A DNA stretch of 64,000 nucleotides from Iphione sp. A-MEVVRFRX5 (Eukaryota), in contig OZ320321.1 of NCBI GenBank assembly GCA_976226885.1, positions 51,832,001 to 51,896,000 of the forward strand, written 5' to 3'. The notes under the pieces were generated by a model. That model ran no database searches and was not told the DNA's origin. It was given only the letters and a program-made list of their open reading frames with translations. Position 1 is the first letter of the stretch, and every line of letters starts with the position of its first letter. The position numbers were made by a program, and so were the translations under genes. Positions 43,152 to 57,535 of this stretch are shown piece after piece.

Positions 43152-45899
43152 TCGCCATATATCTCACACGATGTAATCATTCAGCGCTGTGGCCAGAGGG
43201 CTTTATCCGTAAATGGCGATCCAGGAGAGCCAATTCAGAAGTGCAAATTAATCATAGGACATCGTGAATTGAAGTCCAACATGTCAAAAGTGCAACCATT
43301 AGATATTAGATAGACGTATATACATGTACATGCATATATTAACAGACATTTATCACTAATATTAATAGCATTAGAACTAATGGAGTGAACAGCTTAAGCC
43401 TGAGGTAGCCTGTTGATGCAATATTAAGTGGAGAAAGATTTAAGTCGCCTCATGAAGGCTTCACATTAGATTAGGTAAAACACACCTGGTCGACTCCTAT
43501 ATTGCAATAATTTCGATTGATTCGAAAGCACAGACAGCAAATGTAAGAAACAAATTTATATGCCATGCGCTAATAAGGTGGTAATACAAAATGGACCTCT
43601 GCAAGCAACAGCAACACTCAGTTTCAGCTGCCAACGGGTGATAACAGTCAAAATTTTAAAAGAAAAGCAAGTGCCGCAGGTGAAGATAGATATATTATGA
43701 TCACCAATCTTAGGTCTGTAGTTAATTGGACCACAAGACAGAAAAAACATGTATAGTATGTCTACTCTGTGTCTTTAGTTATCAGCTAGGTTACCGAGTG
43801 CCAGCAGTCAACGGTACAAAAATGTCAGAACTATAGGTTTTCTGGTTCTGGAGTTCAAATAAAATCTTGATGGACGGTCGGACACATGAAGGAAATGTCA
43901 CATCACAATTCCTAATGCATCTCCTACCTTCCAGGCAAGAGACAAAAAAAGGAAGACTGATACAGTTCCTTCTGTGACTCAAAGTAGAGATAATTCCTTA
44001 AGCACATATAAGATTTACATTCTTTCAAATCTCAGAGCTTCTGAGATGACAGCCTTACGCCATAGACTGTACATCTATAAAGATTAAACAGAATTTTCAG
44101 TTGTTTTTTTCTGTTATTGGTTGGATTCCTATTCCTTTTGGTCGACACTCGTAATGTGGTCATAGTCTGTAAAAAAATACTCATTGACCTGCGGACCGTG
44201 TCTTTCGAATAACTCGGGAAATATTTCGACTATAGCTATAAAATTTTGACATGAATTCATTCCCTTTAGGGATGGAGGGCACCCTTTTAATTTGTGTCCT
44301 GTTCATGAAATATAAGAATCCAAAGTGTGAATTTTTCATGCTTTAGAGTAAAATATCTCATCCTTATATAAACATCACTGTTGGACTTACCGTAGGACAT
44401 TCCTCGCAGTCTGCCCCTATTTGTCAAGGCCTTGGGCCCAGGCGAGAAGAGATATTGATTTTCTGCCTTAAGGTTTAGATGGGAGTATGTTGCTGAGGTT
44501 CTAGGTGATAGGAACAGCTTCAGGACAGAGTTGGCTGCCAAACCGATGGTATGACTAACTCGTCATATTTTGATAAAACTTACCTGAATGATCATCTAAA
44601 CAGAGTAGACTATAAATTGAAACAATGAAACTTATCGAACGCCGCTCAGCTGCGTTGGCAGAAGGTTTTGCTTGACGTGAAGTAATTATAGGCTCTATAT
44701 GCAAACATGTTTTGATTACACATGTACAGCTATACCTCTGTTAATAAATCCGTCCAGAAAGAAACTGTCATATAACGAAGTTGGCATAAATAAACATGTG
44801 ACCTGATACAATTTTCTACCAACAATGTTTTTGTTTACAAATATTAAACCGCGGTTTCCTTACCAGCGGAGCTCTCCGGATACATTACCTTGTATTATCT
44901 TGCACCTTGCATATTTATAGATAATGTTGACTTCAATGTGGGGTTTACCTTACCTGTGTGAGCTGTCTAGGTGCATTCAACTGCTTTCACATGCACTGTT
45001 AATTTTCGGGACTTCCAATAATTTCCCGCACCCACAGGCTCACACATGAGTAGGATATCGCAGATATCATTTGAATTATGCACACTTGACGTATCATCAC
45101 ATGACAGGGCAACATGTTTGATGGTTATAATATCTGTCAATCAAAGCATTCCATAGCCAATTGATATTATGCTGTCATTTTCATATTATGCTGGTGTTTG
45201 TACTCTCCGCCATCAAATTGGCCACTTTTTGGTAATTTTCCCATCAAATTTGCCAGTTGTCATACCTTTTCCATATTCGCCAGTTTTTGCAGCTATTTCG
45301 ATCAATTTCACTGGTTTTTGCATATACATGTATATCATAGATCTATCAAAGATTCTTATAATCATCTCATGCACTGCTATATACTGTTATGCAATGCAAT
45401 GTAAACCTAGTGGACACCCCTGTGCCTAAGGTTGCGGGGAAGAACGTTTCAGGTAAGGAAACTGGGCCTAAGTGGAAAAGAAGGGAAACTATGCAGGCAT
45501 ACACTTTTACTACTTTCACTAACAGTCACCAACACAAAAAATATGATAGTTGTTGCTAGGATGATGTGACAGCAAGATTTCTCACAACGGAATGAGACCA
45601 AGGAACAAGTGTTCCTCATGTACTTTAGTTAACTGTTGGTAGGCCTGGGTTCCCAAGCCCGACCTGCGCACATCTTTGCAGGCCTTTAGGAGTGTGTTCT
45701 TTGGTATTTCCTTTGGCGCCAACCCTACCAACTTTACGCCGACGTTTGAGAATATTTGAACTCATCTAAGCTTCTTTGGCAACACTGATTACTGGACCCT
45801 GACTTCCATGACTCCTGGCACGCTTTCAGAAGGAGATTCCTTGTCATATCGTTTCACTGAGCAGTATTCGTCTCAGTTAATGGAGCAATTATATGCATG

Positions 45900-46320
45900 C
45901 CCCACGCGTTGCCATGGGCATGTTTCGTCAACCGAATAATTAAATTGTACGAGACAGTTCGTTCGGTCAACTAGGCCCAACCATAGTATCCATGTGGCCA
46001 TCTCGATTATCTTCGAGATCATCTTCGAAGCGCCTTGCTTCTAACGCCATCGGACCTGATCCGTCTGTTAAACATATTTCGTTGCTATAGAATCGGAACC
46101 AATTCTTTCACATTTCTCACGAGCCGATGCTACCAGCTGAATCTATCACGGGAAGCAGGCTCACAAACAGCATGCACCCATCCCTCAGGCACCAGACGTG
46201 AAACCTGCCTGGGAGGTATGTAGACATCGGGAGGTTATCGTCCGAACAAACTGGCCGAGTAAGATTTACTGCCATAGATTAGTCACCGTAATCGCAGGTT
46301 TCGGACATCGTAAACAATCA
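45900..46320 (-). pseudogene. nAChR-like N-terminal remnant
   Basis: After a ttaCAG acceptor near 46320: NLTRPVCSDDNLPMSTYL (about 46270-46218; compare LERPVANDSQPLTVYF). Confidence 0.4.
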
Positions 46321-47529
46321 CTGTAATATTTTCTGGTTGACATGACGGACCACACACACTCACGCACGCACGCACCCAACATTTTACACGTCAGTTGTAT
46401 TAGCTTCACGAGGTGGCCTTTAGCCGTACGATGATAAACCAATCATGGGTGATCAATCAAAATGGCCTCCGACGGGTTGTCGACCTCACTAATGGGCACA
46501 AAAACGCAGGCGGCCTCAGGTGCGTCACCTGATTGGTCCCCTTCGTCTCCGGCATTTGGTGGACAGCTAGGCCAAGGCCAGGACGCTAATGCAAAAAAGA
46601 ATTCATGTCCGTCCGCCGGACTAGAAGCTGGCCACCTGATACCCAGGGTCTTTCGCCAGGACCACAAAATAGACTCGGCAGCTCCTCCACAGTGACAGTA
46701 AGTTCTGCTTTCACAGGGTCATGTTTTGGTTTACTTACCAGAGAAAGGAATACTGGTCTTGATCATCGGGCCGAAATTGCGAAACCGTGGGCTTTTGATG
46801 GATTTAGGTTCTTTATTGATGTAGGGCATTTAGAAATCAGTCCACCTTCTTCACACAGTTTAATATTTCCTTTCTTCCATTTCTAGGTAATGAATAGCTC
46901 CTGTGGTAAAAAGTCCATGTAATGAGTGGAGAAAAGTATTGACTGCATGTAACAGTAAATTATTTGGTTAACATTCTTGTGATTCCTGAGTCCATTCTAT
47001 ATTTTCTATGATACAGAATCAATGATTTGCCATGATGCATATACAAGTGTGTATAGGACTGACAGAGATTAGTTAATATATGACACAAAAACAAGGATAC
47101 AAAAGGATGCAAATTTTTTGTAGAGCACTGGATGCTTGCACGGTGCCATCATGTGGAAGAGGGAATATTTGTTTCACTTTATACACACCGCCCAGTACAT
47201 GTACCGTATGCTACGTTGGTGCTGTCCCAGCCCGATGATAAAAAAGTAATTGCACTTGCAGAAGGAATGAACTCTAAGCTTCACCCTAAGATATTAGATA
47301 AAATACTTTATCCAGAATACAATTACTGAGAAAAAAACACACCTTACCCTCATTATTCATTTTTGACGGGTATTGCATATAGAGTATAAAATTCTCATGA
47401 AACGGCAGGAGAATCAGAATGTACAAAGCTGCATACATACATGCGCGCTTCTGTAGTTATGCTGACCACTCATAGTTAAGTTGTCCTACAAATCCGTAGT
47501 CGGGAACCGTGGAAGGTCGACAGGAGCGA

Positions 47530-48985
47530 TCAAAATAATTCGACTCGTTTCACGAACTTGATGATTTCCTGCGGTGGAAGTAGGTTATTCACTCTTGTGT
47601 AATGAATTTTGCAGTCGAGCTGTAATTTTACTGCAATTCCGTCACTACCATTCGCATCGATGACGGCACTCCTGATTTGAAAGACACAAGATCGATAGAA
47701 AGCAAGCGCAGGCATGTGATACAACCCAATGGTTGTACGATTTTAGAGAAATTTGGCCAAAAGCACCGTCTCGTTCCTCCTGATGGATCTACCCCCAGGA
47801 AGGCATACGACGCTGACTCATCTTGGGAATGTAAATGCAGTCCATCAGGTATGTTTGGTCTCTTGTCATTTTTTGACTACTGGAGTAATTCATCTCCACA
47901 ATTTTAGCATTAAGGGGTCGGGAATGCCCAGCGAGGCAACCGCTCTGCAATATTCCCATCAAGGATCCAGGAAAATAGCTCTGGGATAATTAACTGAACA
48001 CTAATGTACCGACATGGAAAAATACCATCAGTGGAGACGAGAAGTATCAGATTTCGTCCCGATGTCGTTGGTCGGCCACGGAAATACTCAATTCTGTTGC
48101 GGTCTACCAACGCTTTTACCGAAGAGGCCCACTTAACCACAGCGGCACTCCTAACCCCTATCCCACCCCGCTGCCTCCCAGCCTGGGGATATTGTCCTTT
48201 GATCTGATCAGGTGGCAAATTAAGCTTGACACGGTTCCAAAAGCTGTGGATGAAGGATTAAATGGGTCGGTGGCAAACACAGGTGCCTCCGTGACGGGAA
48301 GAAGTGTGCCTTCCTTCATGGCCATCCCTTGGTAGCTGGCCACGCGTTAGTTGCAGGCTGAATGAACGGAAATTGGATTCCAAAAAAATGGGGACAGAGA
48401 ATGATTTCAACAGCAGGGAAAACATGAAATTTCAAAATATGTAACGCTGTGTTTTTATCGCTGAAAAGAACAACGACTTTGCTCACTGGAACGCCCCAGC
48501 CCCAGAAAACGACAGGGTCTCTAATTAAAAGCTACGAACCGAGGTCCCATAGAGCTTCAGCTCCCGTTTCCTAATCGAATGCTCATTATTTCCGAGTCTC
48601 TCCCATAGGCCAAAGTGTATGTCCAAAAAAACGAACAACGTTCGCCGTATCAACTGTTATTTCCTTGTTCCAGGATTGCGATCACGCAAACGCTTACCTG
48701 TTGTGTGCATACAGAGCTGGGATATCGATTCGGCTTGTATTGACTTGTCTGTCCATAAGATATGCATTTATGCATCTGTCTGTTTGTGCCGCCACGAAGA
48801 CACAGACTCCGATACGAGTGCAATAAAAACGATTTGGGAAAAGCTTGGTTTCCAAACAGGTGACGGGCAGAAGGTTCCGAGTTCCGGTTAGTTGTACGGC
48901 TTCCGCTGGCATCCCAGGCATCTCCCACTTTGTATTTGGCGCTTAGGTAAATACATAATGGATGAAACGGGGGTGATATGGCCAC
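47530..48985 (-). pseudogene. Decayed nAChR-like copy (Cys-loop, M1-M2, MX)
   Basis: TCLETKLFPNRFYCTRIG (ORF 48694-48921), FRGRPTTSGRNLIL...IAERLP (ORF 47910-48218; compare RRRP.FY..NLI and IAEILP), and LHLHSQ near 47850. Confidence 0.55.
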
Positions 48986-50375
48986 CTACTGGACGAAAAC
49001 GCTACCAGTCTGTGCATGATTGGCAAGCATACTGTCTGGATGCCTACTGTGAAATACCAGTCGGCAGGGAAAGCTATGTGACCAAACAAATGCATCGACA
49101 AAAAGCAACAGTATAGCAAAGCCTGGGCACAGTTCATGAAATAGGTCGTCATATAACGCAGTAGTTTTACCAATGACATGGAAGGAATGATTTAATTAAT
49201 CCAGCTACACGAAACTTTATGGTTGCCCCTTCTTGGTCACCCGGCCACGTATAGGATAGTAATTTGGTTTTCCACGGGTGATGCAATTGCTAAACGAATT
49301 AACCTTTTTCTGGACTCATTAAGTGAAATGTTATTTCAGCAGAGTATACTTGTGTACATATCTATATCTTGGTAACATGTACTAGGACCATGACACACTT
49401 ATTGAATGTTTTTTTTATAGATATTGTAATTTTCAATTAAGTCTGTGAGTACATTTCACCGCTTGAATAAATTAGCAATGAAGCAAAGAATGTGACAAGT
49501 AACTCAAACCAAGTAGTTAAAGTGTTAGACGCACGGATACAAATGCAAAGATTCCCAGAGACAGCAGTGTCCTGCAGCGATATCTAAGAGCTCAGTGCAC
49601 CATTTTTTGTCGATTTTAGTAATTAGAAACCGAGCGGCCCGCAGTCGCAAGTGGCTGGGTAAAGCAAGAAGCGTATGAGATCGGCTAGTCGTACACAGCA
49701 AAGAGACGCCAGTACGCGCGAGGGCTGTTTACTGGAGTTACATATTGCGAATCAGAGACACTTGTATTGCTGGCTAATGTAAAAGGAAGGACACATCTAT
49801 AGTTTATGTATAGCCACAGGGTGACCCTCTGTTAAAATAAGATTTAACAACTTCGAGTCTAATAGGGGCTGAAGTTTTTTTTTATATTCTTCAGTGTAGA
49901 TTAAATACGCAACATTATTTCACGTTACAAGGAGGCAAGCACGACAGAACAGACATATGCACACAACTCGGTCCATTAGTATCAACTTTCATCCGACAAA
50001 TGTTTCTAAAAGCACGTGATTTACTCTTTGGAGAAAATTCAATCTACCTTCCCCATTTTGATGTTAGATATTTGTTACGAGAGCAAAGAAAAGGGTGCGA
50101 CCAAACAGATGAAAGATCGATCTCCGAAGGCAACGAAATATGCTCGCCTGTAAATGTTCGTCTCTCCCCCCGTCAGAAACCCAGAAGCAAACAGGCCCTT
50201 GGAGTATTTGAGGAGACATGCTCAATATACTTCTGAGTACCAACCGCTATAGCCGCAAACGAAATACGATACTGCTTCAGGCTCGAGGAATTCTATTGTC
50301 GTTGGTTGGCTCAGTTTATTGGTCCACTTCTCCAGGAGCATGGGGCTGCATCACCTGACTAATTCGAAGTCCATG

Positions 50376-52364
50376 TTAGCATCCTCCGTGGGAAGGCATG
50401 GGTAGGGACGCCTTTTGATGTGGCTGTATGATCCTGTCGTCGCCTAACACCACGTAGAATTGGACGGAGCGCGGCCTGCTCTTAGACAGCATTACGTCAC
50501 AGGTGTTCTGCACGAAAGCAAAAGGTGCTCTGTCTGTGTGAGTAGAAATGCCTGCACTGACGCCCATTCGTTATCCAGACACTTTGCATAAAATGAAGGG
50601 TCACTGACACGAAGGCAGATTTAAAGTTCGTGTATTTCAGCGCGTTTTTAAAACGTATATTTGATAACGATCTCACGATAAGTCCACAGAGCTTGCTATC
50701 CGTGTGATGCACATATCACCAATGTGACCTGAGTCCTTTTGTCTAATGGCGTGTTTCACATTTAGTATCGGATGTAAGTGATTAAACTTCTCATGAATAA
50801 AAGGTATCAAAGCCCTGTAAAATGTACAAATAAGTCATCTTCCGCTCGATTCATGTCTTCAGACAGAAGTTATAATCGTGAAATCTTAACTTTCTATGTG
50901 TATTCCAGTGCCAGATAGCGTACTGCCTTTGACCTTCTCCGTCTGTTCCCTCCTGCGTCCACCCACTCATAAATCATCCCTCTTGCTTCATGATATATAC
51001 AGTTGTGTATGTCTGGAGCAAATTACCAGGAAGAATCTTTTCATAGAGATACTACTTCCTGCTTTTGTAACGAAAATAATCGGAGGACCATTCTGAAGGA
51101 ATTTCCTAGGAAAAAAGGAATCATAACATTTATCTCTGGGTCTTCGATGTTCAGATACTCTTCTGATACACCGGAGAATCGTTTGAATATATTCGTGTTG
51201 CTTTTAAAGGTAGCTTTTTGCTTTTTGTTTTCCTACGGTCACATTTATGAGAAAAAATATCCCAACTGTCTCACAGCGTGATAAAAGTTGCCAGCTAAAG
51301 TTTCGTCCTCCTTTTTAAAAATGATATTGATGATAAAAGCGCAGGAAACGTGATGGCCCATACATAGTCATACTGAGAGATGATACAAGCCTCGTGCTTA
51401 ACAGAACATCGTGTTGTGTAATGTGTGCCACCATTAGGCCCGATACTCCACTTATCTTATTTATTCCTCTTCAATTATTCATGAGCCTATATACTATGCA
51501 CTCGTAATCTGTTAAACACGCATCGTGGCGAACTTAATCTGTCATAATTTCTTGTTTGCTACCGTGGAGATGGGAGAGCTGCATGAAGAAATATACTGTT
51601 AGGTGTTTCACTGCGGAAAGGGGCTATCAGGGAGAACCAGCAGGATATATGTATGTGTATATCACAGTCTCTTCATCTTTCTGTACTGAGGCAGCACATG
51701 TATAATCCACTAATGTATGCTCCATTAAATATATATGAGTTATGAGGAAGAACTGCAAGGTAAGACGATGCTGTCCTGAAGGCTTAGTAGCACCAGACAA
51801 GGTCACAAGAAGCCTTTAGAGCTTGTACGCGACCAACGCATCATTTATGAATACCTAAAAGGAGTGATAATCTTCTCCAGAAGTGGCATTAGAATACAAG
51901 AGTGAAGAAGTGCTTCTATTCGAAAGCTCCCTATACTGACTGACCCCACCCAGCAGGCGAAGGAACCGAATAGCGAGGTAATGTGTCGCCCGAGCAAACG
52001 GAAACGGTTTCGTAAGCTCCATTCGTATGCATATCACATGTGGGTCAGGCACTAATACGTCGATAGAAGGTGTTGAAAAGACATGTAAAAAGCGAGGGAC
52101 ACGACCGATATTTTAGCAGTTACTTGCTTAGGGACGGTCCGCCTAAAAGCGCAGTGCCTCTACCAGTGACCTAGCAACGTTGATGTACATTACGCCGGCT
52201 GAATTATAGAATTTGACCAGGCTAAGGCCAAATGCCCATGTGCCGGAACACCGTATATCGAACAAGGTGTCTGATTTATCATATGATTTTGTCATATTTC
52301 CGTCCATGTCGGAAAATGTTTGCATTTCGGAATTGTCTGATGTAAACATCGTACAGCTGCACAC
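50376..52364 (-). pseudogene. nAChR-like remnants (N-terminal beta1-2 and two Cys-loop segments)
   Basis: AFGLSLVKFYNSAGVMYINV (ORF 52143-52364; compare [22 protein letters not shown]), CIRMELTKPFPF (ORF 51855-52052; compare CxMDLxKFPFD) and PFAFVQNTC (ORF 50376-50567). Confidence 0.6.
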
Positions 52365-53556
52365 TTAGCCTTAATATTCACATTTTAAAAGTAAGTGATG
52401 TTGATGGAGATTATAAAGGGACTGTGATTTGAGGTGAAAATGGATGTCAAGATAGAAGAGTAAGCCTTTTTTTAAATATCTGTTCTCCTGAGTCCTGTGA
52501 GTTTGTACTGATGTGCATCTACACATCATGAGAAAGAACTACCGGATGTGCGGGCATTTTCCAGGGTGTGTCAGTGACCTAGCTAGCAACTGCATTAATT
52601 CCCCTATGTACTCTAACGGGTATTGCTTTAATGATATTTACACAGTCCATTTGGTTGTTGTGTACCACATTCAGCGAGACACCGTTATGTAATCGATGGA
52701 CTAAGGAATGTAATTCATACAGTACATGTGCGATTTCCTCTACGTTTCTTTCGTTTTGCTTTTAAGTAAGATCGTTTAAAATAGATACATTTATGTATTT
52801 CATTTGCCATGCCAAACAACGCCATACAGATTTTCCTGTTCGTACGTAATTTCATAGCAAGCAAACTTAACATGCTGGACTGATTTTTTGAAGCAATGCA
52901 AACAAGAAGTCCCCAGAAGGACAAATTATCCCGTGTAATCGAACACATCTGTGACCTGCAAGCGTTGAAAGATTGTTTGGCCATAGGAGTTCGGTTTCCT
53001 AAACGTTGACTTTTTCTTAATCAGCACCAATCTGACATTGCATATTGAGTCTCCATCTAAATATTGCAGTGGCGAATTGGTTTATAGCAGGAACAAAGTA
53101 TCCACGGTAGAGGATAAATGCTGTTAATGCTGCTACTGTTCAGAGGTCCGCATAATTCACTCTGAAGTCAAATGATCATTATGCAGCTAGCTCTGCGCCA
53201 CCATCTTGTAAGCATTACACTGTGGACAATTGTGACAAAGGAATGAGAAAATGCGGTATGGCTATTCAGGCGTTTTTGCTAAATGATTTGTATACTTTAA
53301 CGTGAGGACTTTGAAGCGACCTTATTTGCTTCCATGATTTAACCATGAGTCGGGAAGGGAAGTGGTAGCCAGTGATGGCATATTGATAGATAGGAATAAC
53401 GCGTCTGAAAGGATGGTTTCGTTATCCAAACCAAGAAATGGTACATCAATGATATTGTGAACGTAATAAAAACAGTGTAGATGAAATTATATATCAGAAC
53501 AAAATATTGGCACTTTCACAGCGTGTCAGCAGTTGAAGTAGGAGATGACCCATTAT

Positions 53557-53730
53557 CCCACTTGACAATATCCCCCACGTGAATGAAAGCCAACTCTTAC
53601 TGACGGCCCACTTGCCTAGACACTATCCCCCACATGAATGAAAACCATCTGTCACCGAGGGCCCACTTGTCTAGATACTATTCCCTACGTGAATGAAAGC
53701 AAACTCTGACTGAGGGCCCGCTTGTCTAAG
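53557..53730. repeat. 55-bp minisatellite, about 3 diverged copies
   Basis: Units start cccacttg at 53557, 53607, 53662 and 53717 (cccgcttg), with a shared core tat.ccc.ac.tgaatgaaa. Confidence 0.85.
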
Positions 53731-54037
53731 TCCTTTGACACGGTTAGAATACTCCACAAGTATTCGTAAAACTAAGACATTTTGTTATTGTAAGAGCATC
53801 GAAACTATTACATTTTTTTGTGGGGGGAGTAGGTAAACTAGTTGATTTAACTCCCAGTGCTAACAAGTGGCAGAACAAGAAGGCATGGAGGACAAGTGCT
53901 ACTTTCAACTCCAAATCTAGATGATTCGGCGAAAGCGGCCTTTACTGTATTTTTCTCTAGAGGTTACAAGTCCCGCTTTTGAACTGAACCTTTCTAACCA
54001 CCCTGGAATTATTTTACTCTGTCCCATTTTTTGTTAA

Positions 54038-54137
54038 CCCTATCCAGGCGGGTGATGCCTTTTAGCATTCCCGGGTGAAGGACGGGTGATGCCCACAGGC
54101 ACTCCCGGGTGGAAACCGGGTGATGCCCACAGGCATT
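54038..54137. repeat. Short tandem array (cgggtgatgcc...ccgggtg) following a TTAA|CCC motif; possible piggyBac-like end
   Basis: There are three cgggtgatgcc units about 33-35 nt apart. TTAA at 54034-54037 is followed by CCCTAT. No matching opposite end was found. Confidence 0.45.
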
Positions 54138-54926
54138 ATTTTGATTCTCAGTGTTTCTGCAACAAGTTCTTATGGAAATAATACTTGAATTTTGATGAGA
54201 TTTGGATAGAATACAGAGAAATAACCTTACTTTATCCTAGTTTACACCGAAATATTGAATACTGAAGGGAGCATGACAGTTTCCCATGAAAACTGTCAGA
54301 TTTCTCTGTGTTCACACAGAAAACAACTGACATACGAAGTGAATAGCTTACCTGACATCAAATTCCATGTATGTTTCTCAAATAAATGCTTATTTATGCT
54401 CCAAATACATTCATATATAGATGTCTATACTGGTTTCCCATTAGAGAATTGAATAAAATCACTTTAGAAGGCTTATAAGACCCCAAATCATCCGTGCATA
54501 CAAAAATGACGCAATGATAAAGTAGGCCAGTGCATAGCAACAACCCTGAAGACGGTATAAAGTTGTGGACATGAGGCCTGGTATGGAATGTTCACCAACA
54601 CCATAAGGAGTCTGAGGAGACAAGTGAACATCTAACCTGTGTTAAAAGTGATCAGTCTTCTTTTTCTGGAAAGATGCATTAGGATGGTTTTCTGAGGACC
54701 CTGACCGCCTCAAAACTTTCTCCAGTGTAAGCAATGCGAACTAGATACAGCAAAACCCTTCGGTGACCACGACATCATAGATTTGCCCTCATTAAGTCCT
54801 CCTTGTCGTCAATACAGTTTTTACAACCATTCGGAATATTGTAGACAAATGTTATTTGGACAAAGTAGATCCAAGTGACTTCCAGCAGGGATGCGATGCT
54901 TCAATTAAGGGGCTGCCCTCTTCAAC

Positions 54927-56736
54927 CTATGGGCTGCAGTGGGCACAGTTATCAATTACTTTGATGGCCATGGTGAGTCTGAATATTACCTGGTTATTGA
55001 ATAAACTGCTCTCTTTAAGTGTGGATTTCAAGGACAACCCAATTATGTTATTTATCCTCTTAGACTGTTGCCCAGTTGTCATCTCCGTCTGTACCCTTGC
55101 CATGTGTGATGGGCATGGGGAAAATATTCGTATAGTTATGGTATTTCTGGTCCTCAATAAACGGAATTGCATTCATAGGACCATGGTAAAATTTCGAATT
55201 TATTGCTTTAAAACATAGATGCGCTGAAATTAGGTTTCAATTTCTAGGCTACCCATGTCTATATCTTCCTTATTGTTTTGAATATTGCCTCCAACCAGTT
55301 ACATTGCGCTAAGGAGGCCTAACATTATTGCAGACGCAGTCGGCTCGGTTCTGCTGGGATTGTATAACTAGCAACTCTGATAACACTAAGAGGTGAGCGA
55401 AAGGATACACATAATAAACCAATACTTTGATTACCATCGGTCGTTTTGAAACACATTTGTCCATTCTTGTACTAGTGAAGAAGGTATATTCCAAAGATTT
55501 TTCTCATACGCATACTGTTAGCAAAATAGACTTAACACATTTCATTTCGTGGTTTTGTACCCATACAATGCAGGTTATCTGTAATGTCGCTACGTTGTGT
55601 CTCGTTATGCTTGTACAATCTTTGGGTTAGTGATGTCTACCCTGTTAATGTGGTACTCTAACGCGCCTCCAAAACATTTAGCAGACATGAAAACGATCTA
55701 AGTATTCGATAAATCTTAATAATTCATCGACAAAATCCGGTGAGAGAATATTTTTATACGCGCCACGGGGTTTTGGAATAGCCTCTTTAGTTGAAGCCAA
55801 GGTAGTGCCCTGACGCTCATACTCATCAATAGAAGATGAAGCAGCTGTTGCATCAGATACTAGCATTCCCACACTGGCGCCTGCTTTATTGTTACCAACG
55901 TGACAGGAAAGATGTGCCGCTGATTCATCGAATCATTCAACGGCTTATTTAGGCGTTCAATAATGCATGGCTTCCCCGGCAAGACCGACCGGTTCCATAA
56001 TTCATATTTAACACGTGCTAACGTTTTCCAATCCTCGTATGATTTCTCACCTGGATTTTACCATCGACTGTCTCCACCGGGGAGGAGGCAATCTGAATCA
56101 ACAACTGTGTTTTTTTTACGCCCGGACCAACAGAGCATTTGGAAACAGTACTATTTAATGGTACTGAATTTTTGTATTTCTAATATTTGGTTTCTCTTCC
56201 TCATACACACAGAACAGGTGAAATCAATAATGTTGTTACCATCTAAATGACAAATTGCTGTTTCATTTGTCTGTATAAAAGATATGAAATGAATGCAGCA
56301 CTGCTTGAATTCTTCTACAGTGAAATGATATCAGACATATACACGTATCACCAATAGTTCTCTTATATTCTTACAACTATCACATATTAACTGAAGCATC
56401 ATGGTCTTATATCAGCAAGTTCAGTTCATATCAGTAAACCACCATCGATAACTTAAAGCTCAATGTAGGAACTAATCGACACGCCAATAAAATATAATCA
56501 AAGCGGCAACAAAAATACACATCAATCAGAGTTAATCTTGGAGTGGCATTGTCCCACACCTTTTTATATGTTGTATTGGCCTGGGGAAAGTTGATGCCAT
56601 GGCCATGGTGCCATGGTACCATCTCCCCCTCCCACTCCCTTGCAGGAAATGAGCTCGTCCCAGGTGTGAGACATCTGTTGTGTGTACCTTGAAAGAATAC
56701 AAAAACAACAGTATTTGCAGCATTAACACCTTTCAT
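54927..56736 (-). pseudogene. nAChR-like remnants (M4-like, M1-like and N-terminal segments of more than one copy)
   Basis: IIGLSLKSTLKESSLFNNQVI (ORF 54927-55172), KRPMVIKVLVYYVYPFAHLLVLSELL (55309-55494) and VW...LIDVYF...F (56431-56736). Confidence 0.5.
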
Positions 56737-57535
56737 TTTTAATCCTAAAATTCACGTAGTGCAGCAGTTTGTAAATGTCACTAGCTCTTCCATTTGCATC
56801 AGTGATTTTCATCAAGCACCAATTAATATAATCACATCACACACTTATATTTGATTAAAATTTTAAAGTCTAGAGAAACAGTATTTCAATGACAGAGCAG
56901 AGTAGCAATGATTTGAACAGATACTGTTATTAGATATCGATAACGTTCTTTCTTTTACCGAGGATATGAAACACTGTATGAACTACATTACTAACATACG
57001 TATGCATTTGGGGAAGAACACACAGCACCCATATACGACACGTAACTTTACGACTAGTGGCGCCGCCTCGCTTGCATGCAGTAAACTTTGTAGTGTAAAA
57101 CTGAAGTGATTTCCACCATGTGTTCAAACAAAAACGCTGGAGCATTGTAAGCGCAATGGGCCTATGTGTTGCCCTTTCCACGTTTATTTTAATAATACCT
57201 CGTTCCTGTTTTACCAAAGATTCGTATGAAATTGTAAGTTTAAGACATGCCGCTAATTAGGATATAAAATGAAGAGGGGAAGAATTCTTAAGATAAATAA
57301 TATGCCGAAATAATTCATATTTTAGTTATTCTATCCAATTGAGTCTGAAATACAGTTCTTAGTAATATATGAAAATAAACAAGTGCTAATCAATCACATT
57401 CATCTTTGAAATTACCTTATGTAGTCAGTTATTGCCAGTCAAGCTATATGGGAATTTGACTCAATCGTTTCGTTAATGAGGTTTTACAAGGGTGCGAGGC
57501 CCCTAGCAAGTCATTTGCCTTACCAGCTCCTTAGG

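Noticed and set aside
46770-46830. Minus-strand IKNLNPSKAHG resembles the pre-RT region of CR1/Jockey ORF2
   Set aside because: It is too short and has no adjoining RT motifs. It may be a tiny LINE scrap but cannot be supported as a feature.
53557-53730. Regularly spaced repeats as a CRISPR-like array
   Set aside because: The context is eukaryotic, whole units (including the would-be spacers) are similar to each other, and there are no cas genes. It is an ordinary minisatellite.
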